DNA of 64,000 nt. It comes from Candidatus Oxydemutatoraceae bacterium (GTDB lineage: Bacteria > Pseudomonadota > Gammaproteobacteria > Poriferisulfidales > Oxydemutatoraceae). The stretch spans positions 1,132,769-1,196,768 of the forward strand of contig OZ244779.1 in NCBI GenBank assembly GCA_965219575.1. Direction: 5' to 3'. Position 1 is the first letter of the stretch; each line of letters starts with the position of its first letter. The position numbers were made by a program, and so were the translations under genes. The notes below the pieces were generated by a model. The model was given only the letters and a program-made list of their open reading frames with translations, ran no database searches and had not been told where the DNA came from. This document shows, piece after piece, positions 39,566 through 54,500 of the stretch.

Positions 39566-42500
39566 ATGTATAGTTTTAATAAATTTATCTATATCATTTT
39601 ATTTTCATTCGCGCTGTTTGCAGGTGAAGGCTATGCACAGACATCTACGCCTACGATAACGGTTTCTGTTTCGTACGACGGTCCTGCTTCTATATACGAA
39701 AGTACGGTTGAGCGGCAATCTCGAATAGGCAATCAAATCAACTACACCCTCGGAGACAACAGAATAAGATTCATCCTTTCTTTAAGTCGTGCGTTGACCG
39801 GCGGCGAGGCCTTAGATGTGGGGTTGAACATCGTCGGTGAGGATGGTTTTGATATAAACGATTTAGTTACACCTAGTTTGACCCTTGCGCCCGGTCGCTT
39901 CGGCGTGAGCCTGGCCGATACCGATACGCTCAATCCTGATGTTCGCTTCAGAGTTGGAAGTCCGACAACCGCCGGCTTAGTGTTGCGCATAAGAGACGAC
40001 AATATACTCGAAGAGGATATCAATCTGAGCGTCGTTATCGGGGCAACGAGTGCCACGAATACCCTTCGTGTTATCAGAGATAACACCGCCGACCGTTTCA
40101 GCGTCAGACTGTTGGACGATGAATACACTTTTTGTTTCGATCGGTCAAGCGATATATTCGATGAAAATATCGGTACGGCGGAATTGGGTTTGCGGGTTGC
40201 AGGTCCGGACGGGGTGCAGAGACGATTACCCAGAGACAGCAGTATAAATTTTAGATACCGAAACATTACCGAAACCGTATACAACAATTTTGATTCGGTT
40301 CCTTCCCGTCGGGTAGACTATCAGGCAATACACTCGAGGTCCGATTACTTAAACCTTCCTATAGGAACCACCGAATATACTTTGGGGATTCCGATAACGA
40401 ACGATACTAGGGCGGAGCCGGACGAAAGGTTTGGAATCACTGCGGTTGATCTTTGTGACGACGAAGCGATAGTCACTATCCGCGACGACGACAGAATTGC
40501 AGCCGACATCGATGCAGACCGGGATTCAATAGCCGAGGGCGACGATGTGACATTCACGATTTTGCTACGCAGCAGGACAAGCAGCGAACTTGCAACGCCG
40601 ACCGCGCTGCCGAATGCTATTCAAATCACCGTCTCGGACTATCCGGGCAGCGATTTCATACCGCAAGCATTCGAGAGTACCCGACACACCGTTGCGCTCA
40701 ATACGATGCCGGGACAAACCACGGTCACAGCTTCTTTCACCGTTCGTACCGTCGATAACAACCAAGACGATAGGGTGCACCGAATACTTGCCGAAATCTC
40801 CGCACCACCCGATTATGACTCTATCATCCGGGGCGTTGCTACGGTTAGCGTTCTAGACGACGAGCCTAGAGTATCCATCACTGCCTCCGCAGAAGGAATC
40901 TACAAAGGCGAGGATGCGGTGTTCACGGTGGAATTAGACACACTTACGGAAAACAATACAACGGTCGGTCTGAGGATCGTAGAAAGCGGAGACGAAGATT
41001 TTATAGACTCGCAATACGAAGACATGATCCAAACCGTTATCGTTCCTGCGGGTAGTACGCGAGCGGAATATACGATTCCCACCGCACCGATAGACGACGG
41101 CAACAGCTCGGCTGTCGGCGGCGTCACCGCAAGCATAGTCGTTCCGTCTAACGAAACTTATGTTCTAGGCGAACCCAATTCGGCAACAATCGCTATCGTG
41201 GATGTCGAATGCGGTTATATCATCGATGTCGATGCCGACGACGACGGTTTGATAGAGATTTGCGATTTGGACGGCTTGAACGAAATCCGATATTCCCTAG
41301 ACGGCAGCGGACATAAAGCGAGTCCCGATGCGCCATTGAATGACAGGGGTTGCGACGAGGACGGGGATAACGATGGTGTGTGTAGAGGCTATGAATTGAC
41401 AAGAGATTTAGACTTTAACGATGCGGACAGCTACCGTTCGGGTCGTGTAAATCGCAACTGGATCGAGAGTGTGGGTTGGCCACCGATCGGCACTATACTT
41501 GAGAGGTTCTCCGGGCAATTTGAAGCGAATGGTCGCAACATTGCCAATCTTTATATAAACCGCCCGACGATTAACAATATCGGTTTGTTTAGAGAGACTG
41601 CACCGTCGGCGACGATTAGGCTGCTCAGATTGTCCAATGTCAATATCACGGGTCGGTCGGGAGTCGGTGCCTTAGTCGGTATCAACGAAGGCATCGTCGG
41701 TGCCGTAGACATCATAAACGGGCGTGTGATCGGTCGCGGCGACAACATCGGCGGCGTGGTCGGCATCAGCGAGGGAGCCGTTGTCGGTGTCAATATACTG
41801 CTCGATGCGGTTAGCGGTGGCAGAGTTGAGCGACGCTGCCGAGATAACCTTGAAGCAACGAATTGTGCCGACGCCGAGAAAGTTGCAACGGTTCTGGAAA
41901 ACGGCATCAATGTCGGTGGTTTGATCGGTGATAACAACGGCAATGTTGCCAACAACTTCGTCTCGATCGATGTATTGGGTGCGAGCCGTGTCGGTGGTTT
42001 GATCGGTTTCAGTTCGGCAGGTGTGCAGGGCGGCAATGTGGTTATCGGCAATGTGCGTGGCAACGAATACACCGGTGGCTTGATCGGCTACAGTATCCAT
42101 TCGGTCGTAGATAGTTCATCGAATGCCGATGTCGTGGTTAACGGTTCCTACGCCGGTGGCTTGATCGGTTATGCTTGCCGGCTCAGGTCCGGCACGCGTC
42201 GGTGTCTATTGCCCGGCGAGGTTTTGGATTCCGCCGGCTCGGCACTTCAAATCACCGGCAGTTCGTCACGCGGCGATGTAGAAGGCGGCGATTATAGCGG
42301 GGGTCTAATCGGTTTTAGTAGCATCGCAATCACCGGCGGTTCGTCACGCGGTAATGTAACAGGCGGTGATTATAGCGGTGGTCTCGTCGGTTATAGTAGC
42401 GACGACATCGTCGATAGTGTCGTCGAAGATGGCAGGGTTTCGGCTAGGGACTATGTCGGTGGCTTGGTCGGTTTTCATTCCGGTAGGCAAATCATTAACG

Positions 42501-45500
42501 GCAAGGCAACCGGTATTACGCTGACCGGTGGTAGCAATCTGGGTGGTCTGGTCGGCATGTCGGAAGTAACAACCGCGGTGAGTGTAATTACCGATGCCGT
42601 CGCCGAAGGCAGTATTGTCGGTGATACAGTTATCGGCGGCTTGGTCGGCCATGCTTCTGCGTTGCGAGTCACCGACAGCACGGCGGATGTTCCGGTCACG
42701 GCGATGGATAGCGACGCCGAGAATGTCGGCGGCTTGATCGGCAGAGTAGAAAGCGGTAGCATCACCGGCAGCCGTGCAAGCGGCGATGTTCGAGGTAGTT
42801 TCCACATCGGCGGCTTGGTCGGCAATGCCGGACAATCAAGGATCGGCGACAGCTATGCAACCGGTGATGTCAACGGTACCGCCCATAACGTCGGCGGTTT
42901 GGTCGGTAGCATAAACGGCACTCGCATCGAAGACAGTTACGCAACCGGCGATGTTAGAGGTAGTTATCATATCGGTGGCTTGGTCGGTATCGGCGAACAA
43001 TTAGACATCGGTCGTAGCTATGCAATCGGCAATGTAAACGGTAGTGCTTATAACATCGGTGGTTTGGCAGGCTATCTAAACCGTGGCAATATCACCTTCG
43101 TTTATGCAACGGGTTCGGTGATAGGAGACAACGGTGCCGGCCCCGGTGTAAATAATAGTGTAGACAATGTCGGCGGCTTGGTCGGTAGGGCAGACGGTAT
43201 CTCTCTCGTCAACGGCTATGCTATCAATGCCACGGTATCCGGTGTCGACAGAGTCGGTGGTTTGATCGGTATTAAATCCGGGGGTTCGGTGCGCATCGCG
43301 TATGCCCGAAGTTCGGTTTTAGGTATTAACAGAGTTGGTGGTTTGATCGGTGATAACAACGGGCGGGTTGCTACCACCTATGCGGCGGGCAGGGTTTCGG
43401 CAAGCGGTAGCGATGTCGGTGGCTTAATCGGTCATAACCAAGCGAGTAGGGTTAGAGTCTTTACCGACGGCGAAGTAGAGGATAGCTACTGGGATATCAC
43501 CGAGAGTGATACCGCATCGAGCGATGCCGGGATAGGCTTTAGCGATCTCAAAGTCGCAACCGAGCCCAGCCGACTTCCCGACGGTATTTTTTTCCGCTGG
43601 CGTAATGAAGATTGGGATTTCGGTACTGCCGAGCAATATCCGTGGCTCAGAGATGCTAGCGGCGAGGTTTCCCTACGGCAAAGTGGGTTGACCGATATCA
43701 CTTTCAACAATACCGCATTAACGCCACCTTTCGATCCGGGCGTATCCGAATACTATGTGCTGCTAAACCAAAATTTGCAACAAGCTACACTGAATATCCG
43801 CTTAAACTCCGGCGATGCCGTTGTCGGTATCGTCAAAGCCGGCGACACCGCACCACCTACCCAAGTGCGGGGTGGTGGTGATATACCGATTACTCTGAAC
43901 ACCGATCTTGAACCCACCGTCTTTATCGTCGCCCAACGTTATCGGGTACAAATCGTTAGCGAGTTGAGGGTAAATATCGCTACGGATCGGCAAGACCGAA
44001 CCGTAGAAGAAGGTCAACCCCTGCGCTTGACCGTTGAAGACAATATCGTCAATGCACTTCCGTTGACTTACACTTGGCGGCAAACCGCCCCGAGCAATAG
44101 ACTATTGGTGGCGGCGCTGGAGACGGGCATCACCGTCGACCAACCCGAGTTTGTTATCACGGTTCCTCCCGCTATCGTGCCGGCGTTGGAAAACGAACTC
44201 GCTATCACCTTAGAAGTAACGGCGAGCGGTGAGATTGCCGGCTCCCCGCAAAATAGCACCGTGCAACTGCGTATTCTAAAAGTGGATAACGGTGTCGGCA
44301 ATTTAACTGCGCCGAGTTATGTCGCAGAGACTTCGGCATTGGAAGTGCCTAATTTTATGCAAGCGATTGCCGCCGACCCCGACGGCGAAGCCGACGATGC
44401 CGATCAAAACATCCGCTATCAATGGCAATACGACAGAGACGGTTCGTGGCAAGACATAGCCGGTGCGCGCAATGCGCGCTACGACACCGCCGAGCGCAAT
44501 GTGCCGCCGCTTACTCGATATCGACTGCAAGCACGCTACATAGACGAGCAAGGCTACGATAACACCGTGATATCGCAAGCGTCCGAACAGATCGTAGACG
44601 GAGATAGAGACGGCTTGATAGATATCTATCATCTGGAAGGTCTAAACTTCGTCAGATACCGGCTCGACGGTAGTGCTTATACGACAGGGCCGGGTGATGC
44701 CGGATTAACCGGTGGCTGTCCCGGCAACGGTTGCTTCGGCTACGAACTCAACAGAGACTTGGATTTCAACGACTCGAACAGCTATGCGTCGGGCGTAGTC
44801 AATTCAGACTGGACGGATCTGAACTTTGACGACCTTAGCGATACCGGCTGGCAACCGATAGGCGAGGAGGACTTGGATTTCTGCGACCCTTCACCGAACA
44901 GCTGTTTCACCGGCATTTTCGACGGCAACGGCTATACGCTATCCAACTTGCAGATCAACAGAAAAGGAATAACGAATAATGCCAATATCGCCTTGTTTGC
45001 CGGGGTGTCCGGCGATAATGCCGTCATACGCGATATCGGTTTAGTCAACGCAAGGATAGAGTCTTTTAGTCCTAGCATAGGTTCCTTTCTTCTTAAAGTT
45101 GCCGGTTTGGCAAGTATCAACGAAGCCAGAATTATCAACAGTTATATACAAGGTCGAATTGTCGTTGAACGTGCCGTAGTAGGCGGGATTAGTAGTTGGA
45201 GTAGAGGAGAGATTATCAACAGCTACGCAGACCTGGACATTCGTGCCGAACAAAACCTCGTTTTTCTAAATTATGTCGGTGGCTTGGTCGGCAGAAATGA
45301 CGGTGGCACGATCATCAATAGCTATGCAATCGGTCGTATCGGCGGTGGTCATATAAACACCGCAGGTGGGCTGGCAGGAGCTAACGCTTCGGGTAGAATT
45401 ATCAATAGCTATGCATCGGTTGACTTCGACTCGCAGACTCAAGATAACGCTTTTTATACGGTAGGCGGTTTGGTGGGAAGGCTGATAGAAGGAACAGACG

Positions 45501-48500
45501 GTGAGGGTGCCCTTATCCACAATAGCTATGCGTCGGGTGCAATCATCTCCCGAATCAATGTTCCTCGGGACAGCCTAGACTCGGTAGATATCGGTGGCTT
45601 GGTCGGTAGAGTAGGTCGCGGTGGACATACGATCAGTAATAGTTATGCGGCAGGTCTCGTTGCTCCCCAAATCACAATCACTCAAGCGGGTGCCGATGTG
45701 AGTGACTATTTAGAGATCGGCGGTTTAGTCGGGGAAATAAGCGATAATGCTTCGTTGGCAACCATAGCGAGCTATTGGGACTCCGATGCCGTGGGGCAGA
45801 GCGACTCGGCAGCCGGTATCGCACAACTACGCGTGCAGATGCAACAAGGCAGAGCGCAGTCCAGCGACCTTGATACGGTGTACTTCGAGTGGCGCGATGC
45901 CGACTGGGACTTCGGTTCGGTCAATCAATATCCGATACTCAAATACACCGCACACCCCGACGCCGATCGCGACCCGATCTGCGATGCGCCGGGAATGCCC
46001 AGATGCGGCGCGCTCATTGCGCCGCTGTTTCGCAACGGCTTGGAGAATTTAAGAATAGTCGGCACCGAATTATTCCCACCGTTTGCAAGCGGGAGTACGG
46101 ACTATACGGGTACCGTCGATCTATCCAGGGATTCGCCTGTTGTCAGCTTGGTTGCCACCGCCTTCGACGCCGATGCCCGCATCGATATTTACGAAGCCGA
46201 CGGTGAAACATTGTTGGTATCCGATCTCGCAAGCGGTGAACCCAGTAGCTTATTTCCGTTAACCACGCAAAGTCGCCGTTTTGTGATAGAAGTCAAAGGT
46301 GTAGAAACGGTACGTCAATCCATCACACTCAATCGCCGCCTCTATAGCATTATCGACTCTTTGGAAGATCTCAACGCAATACGCAACTCATCCGACAATT
46401 ATCGTTTAGTCAGAGATTTAGATTTTAACGACGCGAACAGCTATGCCTCGGGCGAAGTCAATCCAGACTGGACAATGGTTGATTTCAACGCCTCCGTCGG
46501 TACCGGCTGGCAGCCGATCGCTTCTTTTAGCGGCACTTTAGACGGCAACGGCTATACGATATCCAACTTGCAAATCAATAGAGATAATTCCGATAATGTG
46601 GGCTTATTTAGTACATTAGGAGGAGAAAATGTCGTTGTACGCAACCTCGGTTTGATAGATGTCGAGATAGAAGGTGGAAACCTGGTCGGCGCATTAGCGG
46701 GTTATAACAATACCGGTGCGACGATAGAAAACTGTTTCGTCATCGGCAGTGGCGACGGAGAGAGTACAGTCAGAGGAACGGATATAGTCGGTGGTATGGT
46801 TGGGCGCCATGACGAAAAATTTGCCAAAATCATCAGCAGTTATGCCGATGTTTCCGTAAAAGGGCAAAGTGAGGTAGGGGGGTTAGTCGGCCTCGTAGCG
46901 GCTGCCGGGATAGTCATCAACAGCTATGCAACGGGTTCTGTTTCAGGAAATGACAGAGTAGGCGGTTTAGTCGGCGCATTGAACCAAGCTTTCGGGGGGG
47001 GGCTCTTTGAGCTTACAATGATTATCAATAGTCATGCCACCGGCGATGTCACCGGCCAGCGTTTTATCGGTGGTCTTGTCGGGTTTTCAAATGACAGGAT
47101 TATCAATAGTTATGCGACCGGTAAGGTTACAAGTACCTATGCCGGCAACATGACGGTATCCATAGGTGGATTGGTGGGTGAGAATCAGACAGGTGGCACA
47201 ATAATCAACAGCTATGCCACCGGTGATGTCGCAGTCACCGACGATGATGTATCTGCACGCGACTCGATTTTACTCGGTAGTTTGGTTGGTGACCCTGGCA
47301 ATGGTACTGTTAGGAATAGTTATGCAACGGGCAACATACCCCAAGTTATAAGACAAAGAGTAATTAATAGCGGCAGAAACAATTACGACGGGTTTATCGG
47401 CGATAATAATAGTGGCCCGATAGTCACCGCAAGCTACTGGAACAGTAACCTAGACGAAAATGTAGGAAGCCAACGCAGTCGGCGAACAACGAGAGATTTG
47501 CAAACACCTATCGGTCCGGATGTGACCGCACCTTTATTCGTTTATACCGGTTGGAGTACCGACGATTGGGATTTCGGTAGCAACACGCAATACCCGATAC
47601 TCAAATACACCCAAAGCCCTGCCGTAGGCGATACCGGGGGGAGTTGCGGCGATGACGGTCTGCCTGCGTGTGGCACCTTGATCTCGCCCGAACTACGCTA
47701 CGGCTTGAGTGAAATCGAGCCACTCGACGGCGAGCTGCTCAGTCCGCCGTTCAACGGTAGCCGTAGATACTATTACGGGACGGTCACCCTCGACCCGGAC
47801 GGCAAAATCAGGCTGATAGTCAGATCGTCGGCTATCACCGCGGGCAACATCGCTATTTTTGCCGGTCGCGAAGAAACACCGGTGGGTTCCGAGTTTTCGG
47901 TCGGCGATGTCAGCGACGAGATTACTCTGGTCGCCGGCATCAATCGCATCGTCGTCGAAGTCAGCTTGCTGGATTCGGCAACCCCACCGTTCAGATATCA
48001 ACTCTATCTCGTATCGGAAGGGGCAACGGACGCCGTTGCTTCTCAAACGCCGATCAACTATTTGGAAGACCTCGACGCAATACGCAACCGCGCCACAATG
48101 CGCGACGGCAAACGCGACAACTACATATTGAACAGAAATCTGGATTTTGAAGATCCCGACAGTTATCGCTCGGGTGAAATCAACCGTAGTTGGGTTGTGC
48201 GAGACTTCGGTAATACGACCGATACCGGCTGGGCACCTATACTGATAGGACCTAGAAACCCGCAGCCTGATCTATTCACCTTCGACGGCAACGGCTACAC
48301 GATATCCAACTTGCAAGTCAATAGAGATAATGATGTTAATATAGCTCTATTTTCTGTAATTTTTCCCAACGACACTGGTTTCCATGTAATACGCAACCTC
48401 GGCTTGCTAAATGTCACCGTAGAAGGCAGTCTGAATGTTGGTGGTATTGCCGGTAATACGGGTAAAACTAGAATATACAACAGTTATGTAACCGGTTCGG

Positions 48501-51500
48501 TTACGGGAGACGACCAAGTCGGTGGTTTGGTCGGTTTAAATGCAGGGACAATCGGTAACAGCTATGTAAAAGGCACCATTATCGGTAGGGATGGTGGTAC
48601 TTTTAACCATTACATCGGAGGTCTAGTCGGCGCGCACAGTAATTTTTTAATTTTCAATAGTTATGCCGATGTTAGCCTCATCAGCACACACCAGAGAGGA
48701 TCCGGAGGAAATGGCATCCGACAAATCGGTGGTTTGGTCGGACGTAATATCCGTGGCGATATTCACAACAGTTATTCGGCAGGTAGTGTAGAATCTCGCG
48801 GTCGCCTCGGCGGCGATGTCGGTGGATTAGTAGGCTACGGCTTCGACACAGAAAATCTCTATAACTACACTAGGGCCGAAGTCAAAGCAACCGCAAACAA
48901 CATCAATGTTGGCGGTTTGATCGGACGATTACAAGGCACATCCGTAGATACCGCAAACTACTGGAGGATTGCCGACACCTCGCCGTCTGTCACTGCCTCC
49001 GCTGCCGGTACCAGCTTAACGACATCACAGCTACAACGGCCGACCGCACCGGGAGCAATGGAGGGCGATGTGTATCACCAATGGAGTACCGACAACTGGT
49101 ATTTCGGCACCAAAACCGAATACCCGATACTCAAACACGCACCGGGTCCCGATGACGACGGCGACGGCAGAGGCGATGCCTGTGGCACCGAGTTCACCCC
49201 CGATTGCGACGCGTTATTATTACCCGAACCACGCTACGGTTTCATAGAGCTTTCGCTGGGCGGCGACGACTTTTTGGACCCGCCTTTGGATCCCGAAAAT
49301 CGCTATTATAACGGCACCGTCGTGGATGCCGACGGCAACAATGTCATCCGGCTGGTACAGACTACGAAGAATCCTGATAGCACGGTCAGGGTCTATATCG
49401 GAGATTCCGAAACACCGCTGGGCGCGGCATTGCGAAGCGGTCAAGAATCCGAAGCCATTCCCTTGGTTCTCGGAAGAAACCTCATCGATGTAGAAATCGA
49501 CCCCAACTTACCCGGTATTGCGCCTTTTAGATATACGCTCGATCTCCTCTTTGACCGACCGACAATAGAGATTAATTATTTGGAAGACCTTGCGGCAATA
49601 AACGATGCCCCGAATTTCAACTACAGACTCGCCGGAAATTTGGATTTTGAAGACAACACCAGCTATCGCGATTTGAGCAATAGAAACAGATGGATTACAA
49701 ATTTCAGTAACACGGGAGGTTGGTTGCCGATCAGGAATTTTAACGGTACCTTCGACGGCAACGGCTATACGATATCCAATCTACAGATAGTCGGCCCTCG
49801 TAGCGGCAGCCCGGTGAATATAGGTTTATTTGCGACGATTGCTGCCGGCGGCATCGTGCGTAATTTGGGGTTGTTGAATCTTAGAATAGATACCTATGTG
49901 GGCGGACCGGTTGCCAACGGCGGTGGGATAGCGGCAATCAATCGCGGCACCGTGATCAACAGCTATGCGGTTGGCACTATCGAGGGGGGGAATAGCGGTA
50001 TTTTGGTCGGTCGTAGCGAGCGCGGCAGTCATATTATTAATAGCTATGCGGTCGGCACCTTATACGAAAGTGGACAACTAATGAATTTCAACGGTGGGTT
50101 GGTCGGTTCTTGTCTCGGTGCCACGATTGTTAATAGTCGTGCACATGTGGAAATAGGTAATAGAGTTATTGATCGAGCGGCGCGCAATGTCGGTGGCTTG
50201 GTCGGCAGCAGCCGGAATTGTAATATACACAACAGCTTTGCGGTCGGTCGGTCGGATAAAGTCAATGTTTCTGATATTAGTTTCGGAGGATTGATTGGGA
50301 TCGTGGAGCGGGGCGGTACGGTTCAAAATAACTATGCTTATTTTGACATAGCTGAAAACTTAAATGCCGGTGGATTATTGGGAGATGTTTTCAATTCGGA
50401 TATAGACATCTCTATTTTTAATAACTACGCAATCGGCACTGCGGCATCCGGTTTTTTGCGTCGCTATACTGAATCCGAACCGGTCGAACTTAGGAGCGGT
50501 GCGAATTATTGGGATATAGACACCAGCCGAACAGTGCTTACAGACTCAAATGTCAATGCAATCGGTCAAACCACCGAAGCACTGCAATTACCGACTTCGG
50601 CAGACGGCATCTATGGACAATGGGACGAAGAGAATTGGGATTTCGGTACATCCGAGCAATATCCGATCCTCAAATACGCCGCACACCCCGACCCCGATGC
50701 CGATGTGCAGACATGCCGTCGTGCCGACGACGATTCGACACGGCTACCGGTTTGCGGAGACTTGATCGTACCGCAACTCCGCTACGGCTTAAAAAATCTG
50801 GACATAGCCGACGGCACATTGACCCCGGCGTTCACCGAAGAAAACGGCGAACACTACGGCAGTTACTTGGGTACCGCTTTTGCCGATCCCGACGCAATCC
50901 GATTGATCCCGACCGCATTCGACGACCGTGCCGAGATTAGAATCTATCAAGTCGACGGCAAAGGCGAACGGCAGTTGGGCGGTGCCTTCGCTAGCGGCGG
51001 CATCAGCGAGCCGATCACATTGAACCAAAGGTCTATCTCAAGATACGCAAGTGCCATAAACTACTTGATCGTCGAGATAGACCCCGAAGACCCCGCCGCG
51101 CCGACCGTCAGATACCCGGTTTATCTGATGGCAGCAACACCGATCAGGTATTTGGAAGATCTTCACGCATTAGATCAACCGGGTAACGAGTTTAGAAATA
51201 GTGTGTTAGTCCGCGACTTGGATTTTGAAGATCCCGACAGCTATCGCTCGGGTGAAGTGAATAGAGTCTGGACAGTAGTGGACTTTAGTCAACCGAGTAT
51301 GGGTTGGCGGCCTATCAGACGAAATCTACGAGGTATTTTTGACGGCAACGGCCATACCCTATCCAACTTGAGAAGCAGCGGTTTTACCAGTCAAGCAGGC
51401 CTTTGGAATGTTGTTAATCCTTCCGGCATTGTACGCAATTTGGGTTTGCTCGATGTAAAAATTGCTAATAACAACTTTAGTATTAGCACTGCCGGTGCGT

Positions 51501-54500
51501 TGGCACAACAGAACGCAGGCACGATTATCGGAAGCTACGCAGTGGTTGATATCAGTACTTCCAGAAATCAAACACCTACTATCGGCGGTTTGGTCGGCGA
51601 TAATCGAGGCCGGATTTTTAATAGCTATGCGGTAGGTAGCATTACCGTAGTAGATGCTCCGGAAAGAAGACCTATGATTGAAAATGTCTCCACTATCGGT
51701 GGTTTGGTCGGCTTCAGTTCAAATAATGCTTCCGGCATCTTGAATGCTCCGGAAAAAAGAGCTCTGATCGTCAACAGCTATGCCGATGTTTCGCTATCCA
51801 CGACCGACCTCAGAGCCGGCGGCTTGGTCGGTCTATGCGATGCGTGTGACATTCGCAACAGTTTTGCGCGCGGTGCGGTCGTAGGAAGAGGGCCTAGAGT
51901 AGCTTCGATCGGAGGATTCGTCGGTCGTTTGCAAGGCGGATTTAGCCTGAGCAACAACTATGCGAATGGTAGTGTCGGTAGAACCAATGTTGCGCGCGGT
52001 GTCGGTGACGGCGGATTTTTCGGTAGTCTACGTCCCGCCGGCAGTCTCAATGCCAATTACTCCGTCGGGATGACCGACCATGGGTTTGGCGGTGGCCGCG
52101 AATCCGAGACCGCGCTCGGCGATGTTCCGAATTATTGGAACACCGACACTGCCACGACGAGCGGTACGAATGTCTCCATCAATGCAAGCGGCAAAACAAC
52201 CGAGATGCTCCGAATGCCGACTACCGCAAGCGGTATCTACCGGCAATGGAGCGAAGACAACTGGGATTTCGGCACCGATACCGAATATCCGGTACTCAAA
52301 CATACCTTGTTTTCAAGCCGAGATTACGGTCGTAGTCAAAGCTGCCGCAATACCGTCGACGATCTAAGACCATTACCCGTTTGCGGCAGTTTGATCGGAC
52401 CGACATCCCGCAGTATACTCAAAAATCTGACCTTAGCCGACGGCCGTGAATTGTTGCCGGCGTTCACCAACAACGGCAGTTATTCCGGCGAGGTCGTCGA
52501 AGACTCCGACATCATCCGATTGATCCCGACCGCATTCGATGGGCAAGCCGAGATCAGAATCTATGTGATCGACGGCAACGGCGAGCGTCAGGTGGGTGCG
52601 ACATTCGGTAGCGGCGGTACCAGCGCACCGATCACATTGGATGCGAGTGTTATCAACCGTCTCATCGTCGAAATAATCTCCACCGACCCCACCGTGCCGA
52701 CCATTCGCTATCCGCTGTATCTAAGTTATCGGGTCGGACCGACCAAGATAGACTCGCTCGAAGCCTTGGACGCAATACGCAACCGTCCGGACGGCGATTA
52801 TATATTAACCCGCAATCTGGACTTCAACGATGACGACAGTTATGAAGATTTGATCAACAAAGACGTCTGGACGGTAAGCGATTATCAATCTCCCGTCGAT
52901 TTAGGTTGGTTGCCTATCGGTGCAATAACAGACTTCACCGGCACTTTTAACGGTGCCGGTCATACGATTTCCAACTTGCAAATCAACAATAGCGACGGTC
53001 GCATAGACAAAGGGCTATTCGGCACTATCGGTGCGTCTGCGGTGGTGCGCAATATCGGTTTGCTCGATGTCAATATTGTAGATAACAGCGATGCGAATAC
53101 CGCCGCATTGGTCGGTACGAATAACGGTCGGGTTGTCTCCGCTTATGCACAAGGCACCATCGTCGGCGGTAGTCGTTCGGGCGGTTTGGTCGGCTGGAGC
53201 GGCGGTGAAATCGTCAATAGCCATACGGTCGTTAGCGTGCACGGGCAGGGTGAGGAAATCGGTGGCTTGGTCGGCTACAACGAAGGCAATATAGGCAACA
53301 GTTCGGCTGCCGGTGATGTGGCCGGCACTACCAATATCGGTGGCTTGGTCGGGCATCATCGCAACGGAGCCATCTACCACAGCTATGTCAATAGCCGCGT
53401 CTCCGGCGACAACGGTGTCGGTGGTTTGCTGGGTTTCGCTTCGGCCGGCAACATCAGCGATGTTTATACGACCGGTCGGATTGATGCGCAACGCAACGCC
53501 GGTGGTTTAATCGGTAGCACCACTGCGACCGTATCACAAAGGAGCTATAGCATCGCCGAAATCTCTGCCATGTTAAGAGATGACAGTAGCTTCGGTAGTT
53601 TGGTCGGTCGCTTCGAGGGGGGTGCCGAACTGCGCGATAGCTATTTCAACTCCGACAGAGCATCGTTCCCGATCGTAGGACAACGTGCCGACGACACACA
53701 AATCACGAATGCTTCCGCGCTGACCACCGTAGACCTACAACTCGAACCCGAGAATACGAGTACATTTAACAGGCTTTATGGGGCTTGGAGACAAGATTGG
53801 GATTTCGGTACCAGCGTACAATATCCGATTCTGGTAGTGTCACCGAACCCCGACCGTAACGGTGCTATAACATGCGGCACTTTCGACACGCCGCTGTGTA
53901 GAACTTCATTGAGAGGCAACCCGGCTTTGAGTGCGTTGCGTTTCTTGTCGGGTCAACAGAGCCCGGATGTGGACCTCCGTTATCGCGACCATATCGGTAC
54001 GATAGTCAACAATGTTGCCGAGACACAACTGCTTGCGGTTGCCACCGATCCGGATGCGCAAATCACCTTCTACCTCAACGACAGACAGCACGGTGAACGC
54101 ACGGTGAGCGGTACCGCCGGTGCGAGTAGTGCGGCGATGACGCTCGGCGAAGACGGCTTAAACCGCATTGCCGTCGAAGTCATAACACCTGCGGTTGAAA
54201 ATGATCCCGGCGGTGTAGACCGATACAATGTATCGGTTCGTTTCCGGCAGATTGATTCCGATAGAAACGGTAATCCGTTTATCGAAATAGCTACTTTGGA
54301 AGACTTGGATGCAATACGCGACAATACGAGTCGCAGTTATATCTTGACCGCAGATCTGGATTTCAACGACGATAACAGTTATGGAGATTTGAGAAATCGT
54401 GCCGACAACAAAGCTGCATGGACGGTAGATAACTTTGCTGCCTCCGATGATGAAGGTTGGCAACCGATAGATAATTTCAGCGGCGAGTTTGACGGCAACG